45,422 nt of DNA from the NCBI GenBank assembly GCA_034660555.1, contig JAYEJL010000104.1, positions 1-45,422 of the forward strand, written 5' to 3'. The DNA is from Thermotogota bacterium (GTDB lineage Bacteria > Thermotogota > Thermotogae > Petrotogales > Kosmotogaceae). The notes beneath the pieces are model-generated. The model saw only the letters and a program-made list of their open reading frames with translations. It ran no database searches and was not told where the DNA came from. The translations under genes were made by a program, and so were the position numbers. Below, piece by piece: positions 18,859 to 28,236 of this stretch (its first letter is position 1; each line of letters opens with the position of its first letter).

Positions 18859-19511
18859 AACGTTCCCTCCTTTGTTTCAAATCTTACATTTTCATATTCT
18901 TCGACAACTATGCGACCTGTCCTTATATGTGCAACAGCAGGCACATCAAAAAAGTCACTTCCCTGTGAAATATTTCCAGCAATCTGTATTAAAGAAGGTT
19001 TTAGATCGAGAGCAGCTATTATTGCACCTTCTCCAATAGAGTAACCTGCTCTTAATACTCCACGGGCGCTACCAAAGATAATGATACTACCACCTGCAAT
19101 GATCTCAGCGCCTGGATTCATATTACCAATAAGGAATACATCATAATTGTGTACTACAATCTGTCCAGAGCGAAGATTTCTTTTTATAACCTGGGCACCT
19201 CTAACTTCAGTTACCTTCTCTTTTACTAGATCATACCTCTGTCCGACGTTTACTTCAGTCTGATCCAGATCACCAACGAGAATATCCTTTACGTGTAACC
19301 CCATGCTATTGAGTAATGATACAATTTTGACAATATCATCGGGTTTGCTTGTATCCTGTGTGAGCATCAGAGAAATTTCATCACCTTCTGAAAAGAAATC
19401 GCTTGCATCACTGAATTTTCGCATTATCTCTTGCTTTAAGGAATCAATAGAGTTGTATGCTTCTATAAGCAGAATCAAACCTTTCTTGGTCATCCTAAAG
19501 TCAATGGGCAT
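18855..19511 (-). CDS. minC: Septum site-determining protein MinC
   Basis: LRSGQ, GNMNPGAEIIAGGSIIIFG.ARG...AG; likely start MPIDFRM at 19511 after GGAGGGAG. Confidence 0.93.
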   Translation of the reverse strand: MPIDFRMTKKGLILLIEAYNSIDSLKQEIMRKFSDASDFFSEGDEISLMLTQDTSKPDDIVKIVSLLNSMGLHVKDILVGDLDQTEVNVGQRYDLVKEKVTEVRGAQVIKRNLRSGQIVVHNYDVFLIGNMNPGAEIIAGGSIIIFGSARGVLRAGYSIGEGAIIAALDLKPSLIQIAGNISQGSDFFDVPAVAHIRTGRIVVEEYENVRFETKEGTF

Positions 19512-19611
19512 TGAGATCACTCCCTCCAAAGAAATTCTATCATGAACCGCGAATTTCATCTAAGCTTTGTATTCATAAGTTTGTTAAAAAGTACGAATGG
19601 TGCAAAACCTC

Positions 19612-19640
19612 TTGACCATGATCTTATTTTAGTGTATGAT
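19612..19640 (+). promoter_or_regulatory. Sigma70-type promoter of the tRNA cluster
   Basis: TTGACC-N17-TATGAT. Confidence 0.75.
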
Positions 19641-19658
19641 AATTATCAGTGCCTTTTG

Positions 19659-19734
19659 GCTCCCATCGTCTAGCGGTCTAGGACACTGGCCTTTCAAGCC
19701 GGCGGCAGGGGTTCAAATCCCCTTGGGAGCGCCA
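19659..19734 (+). tRNA. tRNA-Glu (TTC)
   Basis: GCTCCCA/TGGGAGC acceptor stem, anticodon arm CTGGC-CTTTCAA-GCCGG, GTTCAAATC T loop and encoded CCA. Confidence 0.96.
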
Positions 19735-19740
19735 AAGGGT

Positions 19741-19815
19741 GGAAGCGTAGCTCAGCGGGAGAGCGCTTGCCTTACAAGCAAGAGGTCACAGGTTCGAACC
19801 CTGTCGCTTCCACCA
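19741..19815 (+). tRNA. tRNA-Val (TAC)
   Basis: GGAAGCG/CGCTTCC stem, CTTGC-CTTACAA-GCAAG, GTTCGAAC and CCA. Confidence 0.96.
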
Positions 19816-19823
19816 GTTCAGTT

Positions 19824-19899
19824 GGCGAGGTAGCTCAGCCGGTAGAGCAGCGGACTGAAAATCCGTGTGTCGACAGTTCGATTCTGTCCCTCGCCACCA
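19824..19899 (+). tRNA. tRNA-Phe (GAA)
   Basis: GGCGAGG/CCTCGCC stem, GCGGA-CTGAAAA-TCCGT, GTTCGATT and CCA. Confidence 0.96.
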
Positions 19900-19929
19900 G
19901 CAAAAGAATATCGTTTCCATCCCCAACAT

Positions 19930-19951
19930 AGCCTCGCTTTGCGAGGCTTTT
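19930..19951 (+). terminator. Terminator after the tRNA cluster
   Basis: AGCCTCGC-TTT-GCGAGGCT followed by TTTATT. Confidence 0.85.
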
Positions 19952-20075
19952 ATTATAAGTTTTCATTGAAAATTTCTTGTTTATTGACATTTCGTTTTTT
20001 CTTGATCATTTCAACTATGATATAATTCTGAAAAGGTCATATGTTCAAGGTACTAGCTCTTTGAGGAGGATGTTT

Positions 20076-22451
20076 ATGTACGATTTTAAAAAGGTAGAAC
20101 GTAAATGGATGAGTAAGTACGAGAAAAATGATTATTTTAAGGCGAATTTAGATAAATCAAACAAACCTTTCTACAATTTGATGATGTTTCCTTATCCTTC
20201 AGCATCTGGCTTACACATCGGGAATATGTATTCCTTCATTGGGTCAGATGTTTACGGTCGATACATGAAACTCAGGGGTTATGATGTTTATGAGCCAATA
20301 GGCTTTGACGCCTTTGGTATTCACAGTGAGAATTATGCATTGAATGTTGGTAAAAATCCCTTTGAGTTGACGCCAAAGAGTATTAAGTATTTCAGAGATG
20401 AACAGTTGAAAAAGATAGGTAATATATTTGATTGGTCTAGCGAGGTAATAACCTCATCTCAAGATTATTACAAATGGACTCAATGGATATTTGTTAAATT
20501 ATTTAAGGCAGGACTTGCAGAAAAAAGGGATTCAACCGTCAACTGGTGCCCATCATGCAAAACTGTTCTGGCAGATGAACAGGTAATTGATGGAAAATGT
20601 GAACGCTGTGATACGGAAATACAAAAAAAAGAAATGAGTCAGTGGTTTTTTAAAATAACAAAATATGCTGATAGATTGCTCGATAATCTAGACAAACTTG
20701 ATTGGACTGAAGTAACGAAAAACATCCAAAAAAGCTGGATAGGGAGATCTGAAGGAGCAACGGTAGTATTCCACGTAAAGGATATGGATCTTGAAATAGA
20801 AACCTTTACGACAAGACCTGACACAATTTATGGAGTAACCTATCTGGTGCTTGCTCCCGAGTACAAATATACCAAAGAATTGGTTGCTGAAGACAGAAGA
20901 GAAGAATTCATTTCGTTCATTGAACGCGTGAACAAAATGGATGAAGCTGAACGTACATCAATTACACGTTCAAAAAATGGTATGTTTACCGGTAGTTTTG
21001 CCATCCATCCGTTGACTGGAGAAAGGCTTCCCATATGGATTGGGGACTATGTACTGGCAGAATATGGTACAGGAGCAGTTATGGCTGTTCCTGCACATGA
21101 TGAAAGAGACTATGATTTTGCCCAAAAATATGGGCTTGAAATAAAACAGGTCATTGATTGTGATAAAGATGGTCTTCCCCACACAGAAAAAGGAAAAATG
21201 ATAAACAGTGAAGAATACACCGGCTGGAAAAGTGAAGATTTCATCGAAAAAGTGGACGAAGTCAGTGATTATATGAAAAAGACAGTAAATTACCATTTGC
21301 ATGATTGGTGTGTTTCAAGGCAGCGTTACTGGGGACCACCTATTCCAATAGTGTATTGCGATAAATGCGGTACCGTTCCTGTTCCTGAAGAGGAACTTCC
21401 TGTTGAGTTACCACAGACTGATGATTTCATACCTGATGGGAGCGGTCTGGCGCCTCTTGCTCGAAATGAAGACTTCGTTAACACCACATGTCCCAAATGC
21501 GGAGGATCGGCAAAAAGAGAAACTGATGTAAGTGATAATTTTCTTGATTCTGCGTGGTACTTCCTTAGATATGTTTCACCAAATGATATTGAAAAGCCCT
21601 TTGATTCAAAGTTGGTGAGAAAATGGTTACCGGTTGATATGTACATCGGAGGCAATGAACATGCAAATCTTCATTTAATGTATTCGAGATTTATCACCAT
21701 GGCTTTGCATGATCTCGGTTATTTACTATTCGAAGAACCTTTTAAATCTTTTAGAGGCCATGGTTTGATAATAAAAGACGGTCAGAAGATGAGCAAATCA
21801 AAGGGAAATACCGTTAATCCAAATGATTATTTTGATACCCATGGTGTTGATGTTTTAAGGACATATTTGATGTTTATGGGTAATTTTTTGGAAGGCGGTG
21901 ATTTTAGAGATAGCGGTATGGATGCTACCAAGAGATTCCTGAACAGAGTCTGGGATATAGCAAATATGCCTGAAGGAGAGAGTTCAATAAATCTAAAAAT
22001 TAAAATGGCAGAAACCGTGGACAAAGTCAGTTATTCAATAGAAAATATTAAGTACAACACCGCTGTTGCAGCGATTATGGAGTTTATAAATGAAGCAGTG
22101 AAAGAAAAACATATTGAAAAAAAGATCATCCTTGATCTCGCTAAATTACTTTCGCCTTTTGCTCCCTTCATCAGTGAAGAAATAAATGAAATGAAGGGTG
22201 GAAAAGGAACAATACTCGATTCCGGTTTTCCTGAGGGATATGAAAAATATAAAGAAATTGCCACTATTGAAGTACCCGTTCAGATAAATGGTAAGATGAG
22301 AGGCAAGGTTGAAGTTAACAAAGATGCCGGGCAGGAAAAAATACTTGAAGAAGCAAAGGGCGATAAAAGACTTGCCAGGTACATTGAAGGAAGAAATATT
22401 AGAAAGGTTATATACATAAAGGATAAGATAATGAATATAATAGTCAAGTGA
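20076..22451 (+). CDS. leuS: Leucine--tRNA ligase
   Basis: MFPYPS, GLHIGN, TTRPDT, GTGAVMAVPAHDERD, SRQRYWG, KMSKS and VQINGK. Likely ATG at 20076 after GAGGAGG. Confidence 0.97.
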   Translation: MYDFKKVERKWMSKYEKNDYFKANLDKSNKPFYNLMMFPYPSASGLHIGNMYSFIGSDVYGRYMKLRGYDVYEPIGFDAFGIHSENYALNVGKNPFELTPKSIKYFRDEQLKKIGNIFDWSSEVITSSQDYYKWTQWIFVKLFKAGLAEKRDSTVNWCPSCKTVLADEQVIDGKCERCDTEIQKKEMSQWFFKITKYADRLLDNLDKLDWTEVTKNIQKSWIGRSEGATVVFHVKDMDLEIETFTTRPDTIYGVTYLVLAPEYKYTKELVAEDRREEFISFIERVNKMDEAERTSITRSKNGMFTGSFAIHPLTGERLPIWIGDYVLAEYGTGAVMAVPAHDERDYDFAQKYGLEIKQVIDCDKDGLPHTEKGKMINSEEYTGWKSEDFIEKVDEVSDYMKKTVNYHLHDWCVSRQRYWGPPIPIVYCDKCGTVPVPEEELPVELPQTDDFIPDGSGLAPLARNEDFVNTTCPKCGGSAKRETDVSDNFLDSAWYFLRYVSPNDIEKPFDSKLVRKWLPVDMYIGGNEHANLHLMYSRFITMALHDLGYLLFEEPFKSFRGHGLIIKDGQKMSKSKGNTVNPNDYFDTHGVDVLRTYLMFMGNFLEGGDFRDSGMDATKRFLNRVWDIANMPEGESSINLKIKMAETVDKVSYSIENIKYNTAVAAIMEFINEAVKEKHIEKKIILDLAKLLSPFAPFISEEINEMKGGKGTILDSGFPEGYEKYKEIATIEVPVQINGKMRGKVEVNKDAGQEKILEEAKGDKRLARYIEGRNIRKVIYIKDKIMNIIVK

Positions 22452-22468
22452 TAATTAGAAGAGATAAG

Positions 22469-22499
22469 AAAAAACAGGCGATTAATCGCCTGTTTTTTT
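22469..22499. terminator. Bidirectional terminator between leuS and niaP
   Basis: Perfect palindrome AAAAAACAGGCGATTAATCGCCTGTTTTTT between convergent genes. Confidence 0.9.
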
Positions 22500-22516
22500 A
22501 TTGAATATTCTTTTTG

Positions 22517-23800
22517 TTATTCAATAGCTTTGTTCATTGTTTCTATACCAAATCTTGCGATGAAAAAGGCTGTTATTAACATAATAAGCATGATGGTGAG
22601 CGTAATTGTAGTTATTCCAAACACATTTCCCATTGCCATCAAACTGGCAGTAAAATAGGGAGCAATTATTCCTGAAACACGGGCCATTACTCCTGATGTT
22701 CCATTTGCGCTTGATCTCATTTCAGTAGGATACAATTCTGGAGTGTATGCGTAAACAAGTCCCCATGCTCCCATATTGAATATTGACATCACAACAGCAA
22801 AAGTGAATAGAAGAGATTGGGTATTTACAAAGAGAAGTAAGAGAATGGCAATACCAGTACCTGAAAAGAAAAAGATACCTGTTTTCTTTCTGCCAATTTT
22901 ATCAATGAAATATGTGGCTAACAGATAGCCGGGTAGCTGCATTAAAAGCATAAAAAATGTATACCATGAAGCTGATACAGCTGTGAGCCCTTTTGCTTCA
23001 AATAGTTTGGGTGCCCAGGTGAAAATCCCGTAATAAGAAAAGCTAACACTAAACCAAGCGAGCCATATCATTATTGTTCTTGACAGATATTTGCCTTTCA
23101 TTAACTGAAGCAAAGGTATTTTTTTTGGTTCATGCATTTCAATATTTTCTTCAATTTTATTATCCAGGACTTTTTCAAGTGCTTTTTTACCACCTTTAAT
23201 ATAGGCAAATTTAGGACTTTCAGGAAGCATAAATGCAATGAAAAGTAAAATCAGACTGTAACCTGCAAGCACGAAATAGGATGGCCTCCATCCAATTGAA
23301 TCAACAGTTAATACAGAAAACAATCCTATCATAATACTACCTACTGCCCAGCTTGATTCAAGTAGTGTAAGGTATCTCCCCCGGTTTTTAATAGGGCTGA
23401 ACTCTGACAAATATGCATTGACAACAGGTAGTAACCCACCAAAACCTATGCCAGAAAAAAATCTGAAGATCGCAAAATGTGTTGCGTTGGCAGACATACC
23501 ACTAAAAAATGTAAAAAAGATTGCATTTAACAAAAAAATGATATTTGTAATCTTTCTTCCAATATTGTCAGAAAGTGTACCAGAAGTTAAAGCACCAACT
23601 AACATACCCATAAATACAGAACTTGCCAGTATCCCCTGCATCTCTGATCCACCAGGGAGATCTTTGATTATCGATGGTAAAGTAAGAGAAAGAATCATAA
23701 CACCTGCAGCAACAGCCATCCATTGTAATGACGTTAGTAACAGTAGTCGTCTTTGTTGTTTTTTGGTAAGATATTTACCTATAACATTGTCAATTATCAC
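22517..23800 (-). CDS. niaP: MFS transporter, NiaP-like (niacin)
   Basis: 12-TM MFS with SDNIGRK, EFSP..RG, LPESP and YTPELYPTEMR; directly downstream of niaR. Confidence 0.78.
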   Translation of the reverse strand: MIIDNVIGKYLTKKQQRRLLLLTSLQWMAVAAGVMILSLTLPSIIKDLPGGSEMQGILASSVFMGMLVGALTSGTLSDNIGRKITNIIFLLNAIFFTFFSGMSANATHFAIFRFFSGIGFGGLLPVVNAYLSEFSPIKNRGRYLTLLESSWAVGSIMIGLFSVLTVDSIGWRPSYFVLAGYSLILLFIAFMLPESPKFAYIKGGKKALEKVLDNKIEENIEMHEPKKIPLLQLMKGKYLSRTIMIWLAWFSVSFSYYGIFTWAPKLFEAKGLTAVSASWYTFFMLLMQLPGYLLATYFIDKIGRKKTGIFFFSGTGIAILLLLFVNTQSLLFTFAVVMSIFNMGAWGLVYAYTPELYPTEMRSSANGTSGVMARVSGIIAPYFTASLMAMGNVFGITTITLTIMLIMLITAFFIARFGIETMNKAIE

Positions 23801-23828
23801 GGAATCACCCCTTTATGCTTTTTCGATG

Positions 23829-24338
23829 TTACTTAACTAAAAAACCTGATTCATTAAGTTTATTTAGAATACGGTTAAAATGTTTTTCATCATCCACTTC
23901 AATTGTATGTATATGTATTCCATCAGTTGATAATTTAAGTAGCGGGAGAGCGTTGCTCCCTTTCAAGCGGGCTAAGAAGCGTGAAACGTCCTCTTCCGTA
24001 GAAACATCTATTTTACCCTTTAACTCACCATAAACCGGGTGTTCAACAATTACATCAAGAACTCTACCCTTATTACTAACTATAAGCCTGAGTTCTTCCC
24101 CTATCCTTTCTGGTCCATGACTTACCACTATCATTTTTCTTATTTTTTTACGTGTGTAATAGATGTATCCTCTGGAGGTTGAACTTATTTCATAACCTCT
24201 GGTTCTTAACAGACTGATATCTTTCACGATCATCTGACGACTCACATTTAATTTTTCAGTGAGCTTGTTTCCGCTTATCGGTGTATTGTTGATTGAAAGA
24301 ATATCGATTATTTTTTGTAGGCGCTGTTCTCTGCTCAT
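23829..24338 (-). CDS. niaR: Niacin-responsive repressor NiaR (HTH plus 3H domain)
   Basis: VSRQMIVKDISLLR HTH; 3H histidines in SHG, VEHPVYG and GIHIHTI. Confidence 0.92.
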   Translation of the reverse strand: MSREQRLQKIIDILSINNTPISGNKLTEKLNVSRQMIVKDISLLRTRGYEISSTSRGYIYYTRKKIRKMIVVSHGPERIGEELRLIVSNKGRVLDVIVEHPVYGELKGKIDVSTEEDVSRFLARLKGSNALPLLKLSTDGIHIHTIEVDDEKHFNRILNKLNESGFLVK

Positions 24339-24353
24339 GTCATCACCTGCTAT

Positions 24354-24435
24354 ATACTGTCAATGAACTGCTACCTTTATAACATTGTTTTTTTATACTG
24401 TCAATATACTGCTACCATTATAACCTTGTTTTTTT
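24354..24435. repeat. Tandem direct repeat, 2 x 41 bp
   Basis: ATACTGTCAATGAACTGCTACCTTTATAACATTGTTTTTTT and ATACTGTCAATATACTGCTACCATTATAACCTTGTTTTTTT; 37/41 identical. Confidence 0.95.
24376..24404 (-). promoter_or_regulatory. Sigma70-type promoter for niaR-niaP
   Basis: Minus strand TTGACA-N17-TATAAA with a TG extended -10. Confidence 0.72.
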
Positions 24436-24494
24436 AATAGTTAGTTTTTTATTCGATTACATCAAATGTATAATGTTTATAGGAGAGTGAAAAT

Positions 24495-25748
24495 ATGGGG
24501 AAAATTACGGTAAGTATTGTTGGTGCTGGTAACAGAGGTTATGAAGCATACGGGAGCCTTTTAAATCAAAAGGAAGACGCTGAGATTATAGCAGTAGCTG
24601 AACCAGATGAAGAAAAACGTATACGTTTTGCAAATGCTTATGGAATTGATCGCGAAATGTGTTTCAAAGATTGGAAGGCGCTTTTGGAAAAAGGTAGAGT
24701 AAGTGATGGCATAATTATTGCCACTCCTGATCGATTACATGTAGAACCTTTGATAGAGTTTGCAAAACAGGATTACAGAATACTTTTAGAAAAACCAATT
24801 GCGCAGTCAACCAATGATTTACTCAAGATACTCGAATGTAAGGAAACGTCTGGTAAAGTTGTCGTGGCTCATGTATTGCGTTACACTCCCTTTTACAAAA
24901 CAGTGAAATCATTGATTGATGATGGGAAAATCGGTAAGTTAATTGGAATAGAGCAGACTGAGAAGATTGGTTATTTTCATTTTGCGCACAGTTTTGTCAG
25001 AGGTAACTGGAGAAATGAGAAGGAATCCGGACCAGCGATTCTAACAAAAAGTTGCCATGACTCAGATATTCTTCACTGGTTGACTGGAAGATCGTGCAAA
25101 AAGGTTATTTCGAAAGGCAAGTTGTTTTATTTTAATGAAGAAAACAAACCAGAGGGTGCTTCGGATAGATGTCTGGATTGTCCTGTTGAAAAATTCTGTC
25201 CGTATTCTGCTGTTAAGATATATCTTCAGGACAATACACAATGGCCAGTATCGGTTATTTCAACTGATAGTTCGCTTGAAGCTAGAAGAGAAGCAATAAA
25301 GTATGGACCCTATGGAAGATGCGTTTTCAGTTCTGATAATGACGTGGTTGATCATCAAACAGTTTTCTTCATTTTTGACAATAACATTATTGCCAATTTT
25401 ACAATGACTGCGTTCACAGGTAAAATTACTCGTACATTAAACATTCACGGTTCCCATGGAGAAATAATAGGAGATCTTGAAACAGGCGCTGTTGAACTTA
25501 GTGTATTTGGAAAGGGCAGAACGCATTATCCGATTGAAAAAATCTATGGTGGACATAGCGGTGGGGATTATGGATTGATAGATGCGTTTGTTTCATGGTT
25601 AAAAGGAGATAGAAATTTGATGTCTACATCTCTTGAAAATTCTGTTCACAGCCACATGATGTCATTTGCCGCAGAGCACTCAAGAAAACTGGGAGGAGCA
25701 GCTGTTTCTCCAGAATATTTTGTCAATCTAAAAAATTCAAACCTATAA
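24495..25748 (+). CDS. Gfo/Idh/MocA-family oxidoreductase
   Basis: GAGNRG, ATPDRLH, LEKPIA, HVLRY, HSFVRGNW and KSCHD. Confidence 0.92.
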   Translation: MGKITVSIVGAGNRGYEAYGSLLNQKEDAEIIAVAEPDEEKRIRFANAYGIDREMCFKDWKALLEKGRVSDGIIIATPDRLHVEPLIEFAKQDYRILLEKPIAQSTNDLLKILECKETSGKVVVAHVLRYTPFYKTVKSLIDDGKIGKLIGIEQTEKIGYFHFAHSFVRGNWRNEKESGPAILTKSCHDSDILHWLTGRSCKKVISKGKLFYFNEENKPEGASDRCLDCPVEKFCPYSAVKIYLQDNTQWPVSVISTDSSLEARREAIKYGPYGRCVFSSDNDVVDHQTVFFIFDNNIIANFTMTAFTGKITRTLNIHGSHGEIIGDLETGAVELSVFGKGRTHYPIEKIYGGHSGGDYGLIDAFVSWLKGDRNLMSTSLENSVHSHMMSFAAEHSRKLGGAAVSPEYFVNLKNSNL

Positions 25749-25839
25749 GACACATAAAACACAGTTTTGATGTCTGCCCTGTATATTATTCAAATAATGA
25801 ACAAAATATATTATAATTGTTAACATAGGAGGCGTTGCT

Positions 25840-27069
25840 ATGAAAACAGTGCAGCTTACAGAAAAACGAATTGATAATTATCTAAAGTTCATGGACCGGG
25901 AAAAGAGAGAAGAATTATTTGACTTAATTGATAAGATTAAAGGTATGAGAGTACTCCATGTCAATGCTACAGCCTTTGGTGGAGGAGTGGCTGAAATTCT
26001 CCACACTTTGGTTCCTTTGATGAAAGATGCCGGGATCGATGTTGAATGGAAAGTAATGGAAGCAGAGAAACAGTTTTACGAATTTACAAAAAGAATGCAC
26101 AATGCCCTTCAGGGAAAGGAAGATATTATAGATGAAAATGATAAAGCTAACTTTATCGAAACAGCTAAAAGAAACGCTTCTGATTTAGGCGATAAAGAAT
26201 ATGATATAGTAATTATCCATGATCCCCAACCTTTCGCTTTGCCGGAGTTTCACAATTTTGGAAAAGCAAAGGTTATATGGAGATGCCATATTGACACATC
26301 AACACCAAACAAGCAATTTCTGGATTTTTTAAAGCAATTCGTTCCAAAATATGCATGTTCGATTTTTACATTAGAATCTTATGCTGGAGAATTTGGTTTT
26401 CCCGAAATAAGAGAAATTGCACCTTCTATTGATCCTCTAAGTGATAAAAACAGAGACCTAACCGATGAAGAATTAAAACGAGCATGCATTAAACTTAAAG
26501 TAGATGCTAAGAAACCTTTGATCACTCAAGTTTCGAGATTTGATCCCTGGAAAGATCCTCTTGGTGTTGTTGATGTGTACAGAGAATTGAAGAAATCCTA
26601 TAATGAACTTCAATTATTGATGATAGGCTCAATGGCCTCTGATGATCCTGAAGGATGGCAGATTTATGAAGACATTTTGAGATATGTTGGCAGAGATTAC
26701 GATGTGGGTGTGTATACAAATTTCCATGATGTTGGGAATATCGAAGTTAATGCTGCACAGAGGGTGAGTGATGTAGTGCTTCAAAAATCTTTAAGAGAAG
26801 GATTTGCACTCACTATCAGTGAAGCTCTGTGGAAAGGGACACCTGTTGTTGGAGGAAATGTCGGTGGTATTCCTTTGCAGATAAAAAATAACCACAATGG
26901 CTATTTGATTAGCAGTACTGAAGAAGCGGTTGAAGCAACAAGAAAAATCCTTTCCGATGATAATTTAAAAAGAAAATTGGGAGAAAATGGGAAGGAAATA
27001 GTACGCAAAAAGTTCCTTATAACAAGGCAGTTGGCAGATTATCTTAAGTTATTCAGAGATTTTGCTTAA
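25840..27069 (+). CDS. treT: Glycosyl-transferring trehalose synthase (GT4)
   Basis: HVNATAFGGGVAEIL, HNALQG, HDPQP, WRCHID, SRFDPWKD and QKSLREGF. Confidence 0.9.
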   Translation: MKTVQLTEKRIDNYLKFMDREKREELFDLIDKIKGMRVLHVNATAFGGGVAEILHTLVPLMKDAGIDVEWKVMEAEKQFYEFTKRMHNALQGKEDIIDENDKANFIETAKRNASDLGDKEYDIVIIHDPQPFALPEFHNFGKAKVIWRCHIDTSTPNKQFLDFLKQFVPKYACSIFTLESYAGEFGFPEIREIAPSIDPLSDKNRDLTDEELKRACIKLKVDAKKPLITQVSRFDPWKDPLGVVDVYRELKKSYNELQLLMIGSMASDDPEGWQIYEDILRYVGRDYDVGVYTNFHDVGNIEVNAAQRVSDVVLQKSLREGFALTISEALWKGTPVVGGNVGGIPLQIKNNHNGYLISSTEEAVEATRKILSDDNLKRKLGENGKEIVRKKFLITRQLADYLKLFRDFA

Positions 27070-28215
27070 TTAACTCTTTAATACACTTCTTACATATTTT
27101 CTGAGTGCCAGAAAGGCAGCTCCCCTCTCCCATATATCCGGCAGAGTGATTTGATTTATTTCGGGGTTAAGCTTCCAATAACTGGCACTCAGATATTGAT
27201 TTATACCCTTTTTGATTTTAAGGAATATCCATTCGTTTACCACACCTTCTCCGCCAATCCATATTATATCCGGGCGAAGTAAAAGAGAAAGACTTGAAAC
27301 ATGATATGACAGTCTATCCAGTATTTCACTGTATTTTTTGTCAATAGAATTATGTTTTGCCGATTCGCGGATTTCATTCAGTCTATCTTTAAAATGCTCA
27401 AAATTACGTACAAAATCATTTATGGTTTTTGCTCTGTCTTTTACAAGACAGTATTCGGAGGCTACCGTTTCAAGGCAACCAGTTCCACCGCAATAACACT
27501 TTTCACCATTGTAGTCAACTCTGCTGTGACCGAATTCTAGTGCAGATTTTCCATCACTTCCAAGGAGTATGTCAACACTATCGTAATAGGAAGCTCCTAT
27601 ACCTATTCCGAAGGTTATTGTTAATGAAGATTCCTCAATTCTCCCTGTTTTCACCAGTTGACCGACGTTTAAAGCATCCACATCATTGCATAGTACAACT
27701 TCGCAGTTGTGCTCTTTAATTATTTCTTCGAGATTGCTTTCATTGGTGCCAAGAATCGGGGACGTAGTGATTGAACAATTATTAATATCTACAGTTCCAG
27801 ATATTGCTATCCCCATAGATAGAGGTTTATATTTCTTTACAAGTTCTATCATCACATTTCTTATTTTTTCCAGATTTTTTATGAACGGATATTCCAGTGC
27901 TATGGTAAATTCCTTAATCTTTTTGAGTGAAAAGGTAAAGATACTGATCTTTACAGATTCTCTTCCAATTTTTACACCAAAAAAATTGCCATAGTTATCA
28001 TTCAGTGAAATATAGTGTCTGGGTCTTCCACGTCCAGAAACTTCTCTTTCAATTTTAACCATGTTATGCTTGTTAAGTTCTCCCGCCAGGTAAGTCAACG
28101 TTGAGTTACGTATGTTTAGTGTCTTTACTATAGCTTTTCTAGGTGTGCGCCTCCTAACCAGAAGTAATTCAAGCAACTTTGTTAGATTGTCCCAGCGAAC
28201 TTCTTCAATTCTCAT
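27070..28215 (-). CDS. ROK-family transcriptional regulator
   Basis: N-terminal wHTH with GRGRPR; NDVDA, GIGIG and EFGH...CYCG..GCLET. Confidence 0.93.
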   Translation of the reverse strand: MRIEEVRWDNLTKLLELLLVRRRTPRKAIVKTLNIRNSTLTYLAGELNKHNMVKIEREVSGRGRPRHYISLNDNYGNFFGVKIGRESVKISIFTFSLKKIKEFTIALEYPFIKNLEKIRNVMIELVKKYKPLSMGIAISGTVDINNCSITTSPILGTNESNLEEIIKEHNCEVVLCNDVDALNVGQLVKTGRIEESSLTITFGIGIGASYYDSVDILLGSDGKSALEFGHSRVDYNGEKCYCGGTGCLETVASEYCLVKDRAKTINDFVRNFEHFKDRLNEIRESAKHNSIDKKYSEILDRLSYHVSSLSLLLRPDIIWIGGEGVVNEWIFLKIKKGINQYLSASYWKLNPEINQITLPDIWERGAAFLALRKYVRSVLKS

Positions 28216-28236
28216 AAACTATCGCTTCCTGAAAAA

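Noticed and set aside
19636..19833. 65-aa ORF on the + strand
   Set aside because: It overlies the tRNA-Glu and tRNA-Val genes and is spurious.
19900..20075. T-box leader for leuS, or an integrated element at the tRNA 3' end
   Set aside because: No T-box consensus, no integrase and no duplicated tRNA end was seen.
19977..20075. N-terminal extensions in the ORF track (leuS, and likewise bamA, minC, rplI, hup, TPR)
   Set aside because: Better RBS-linked starts lie downstream and match the family N-termini.
24354..24435. Possible mini-CRISPR
   Set aside because: There are two abutting copies with no spacer and no cas genes.
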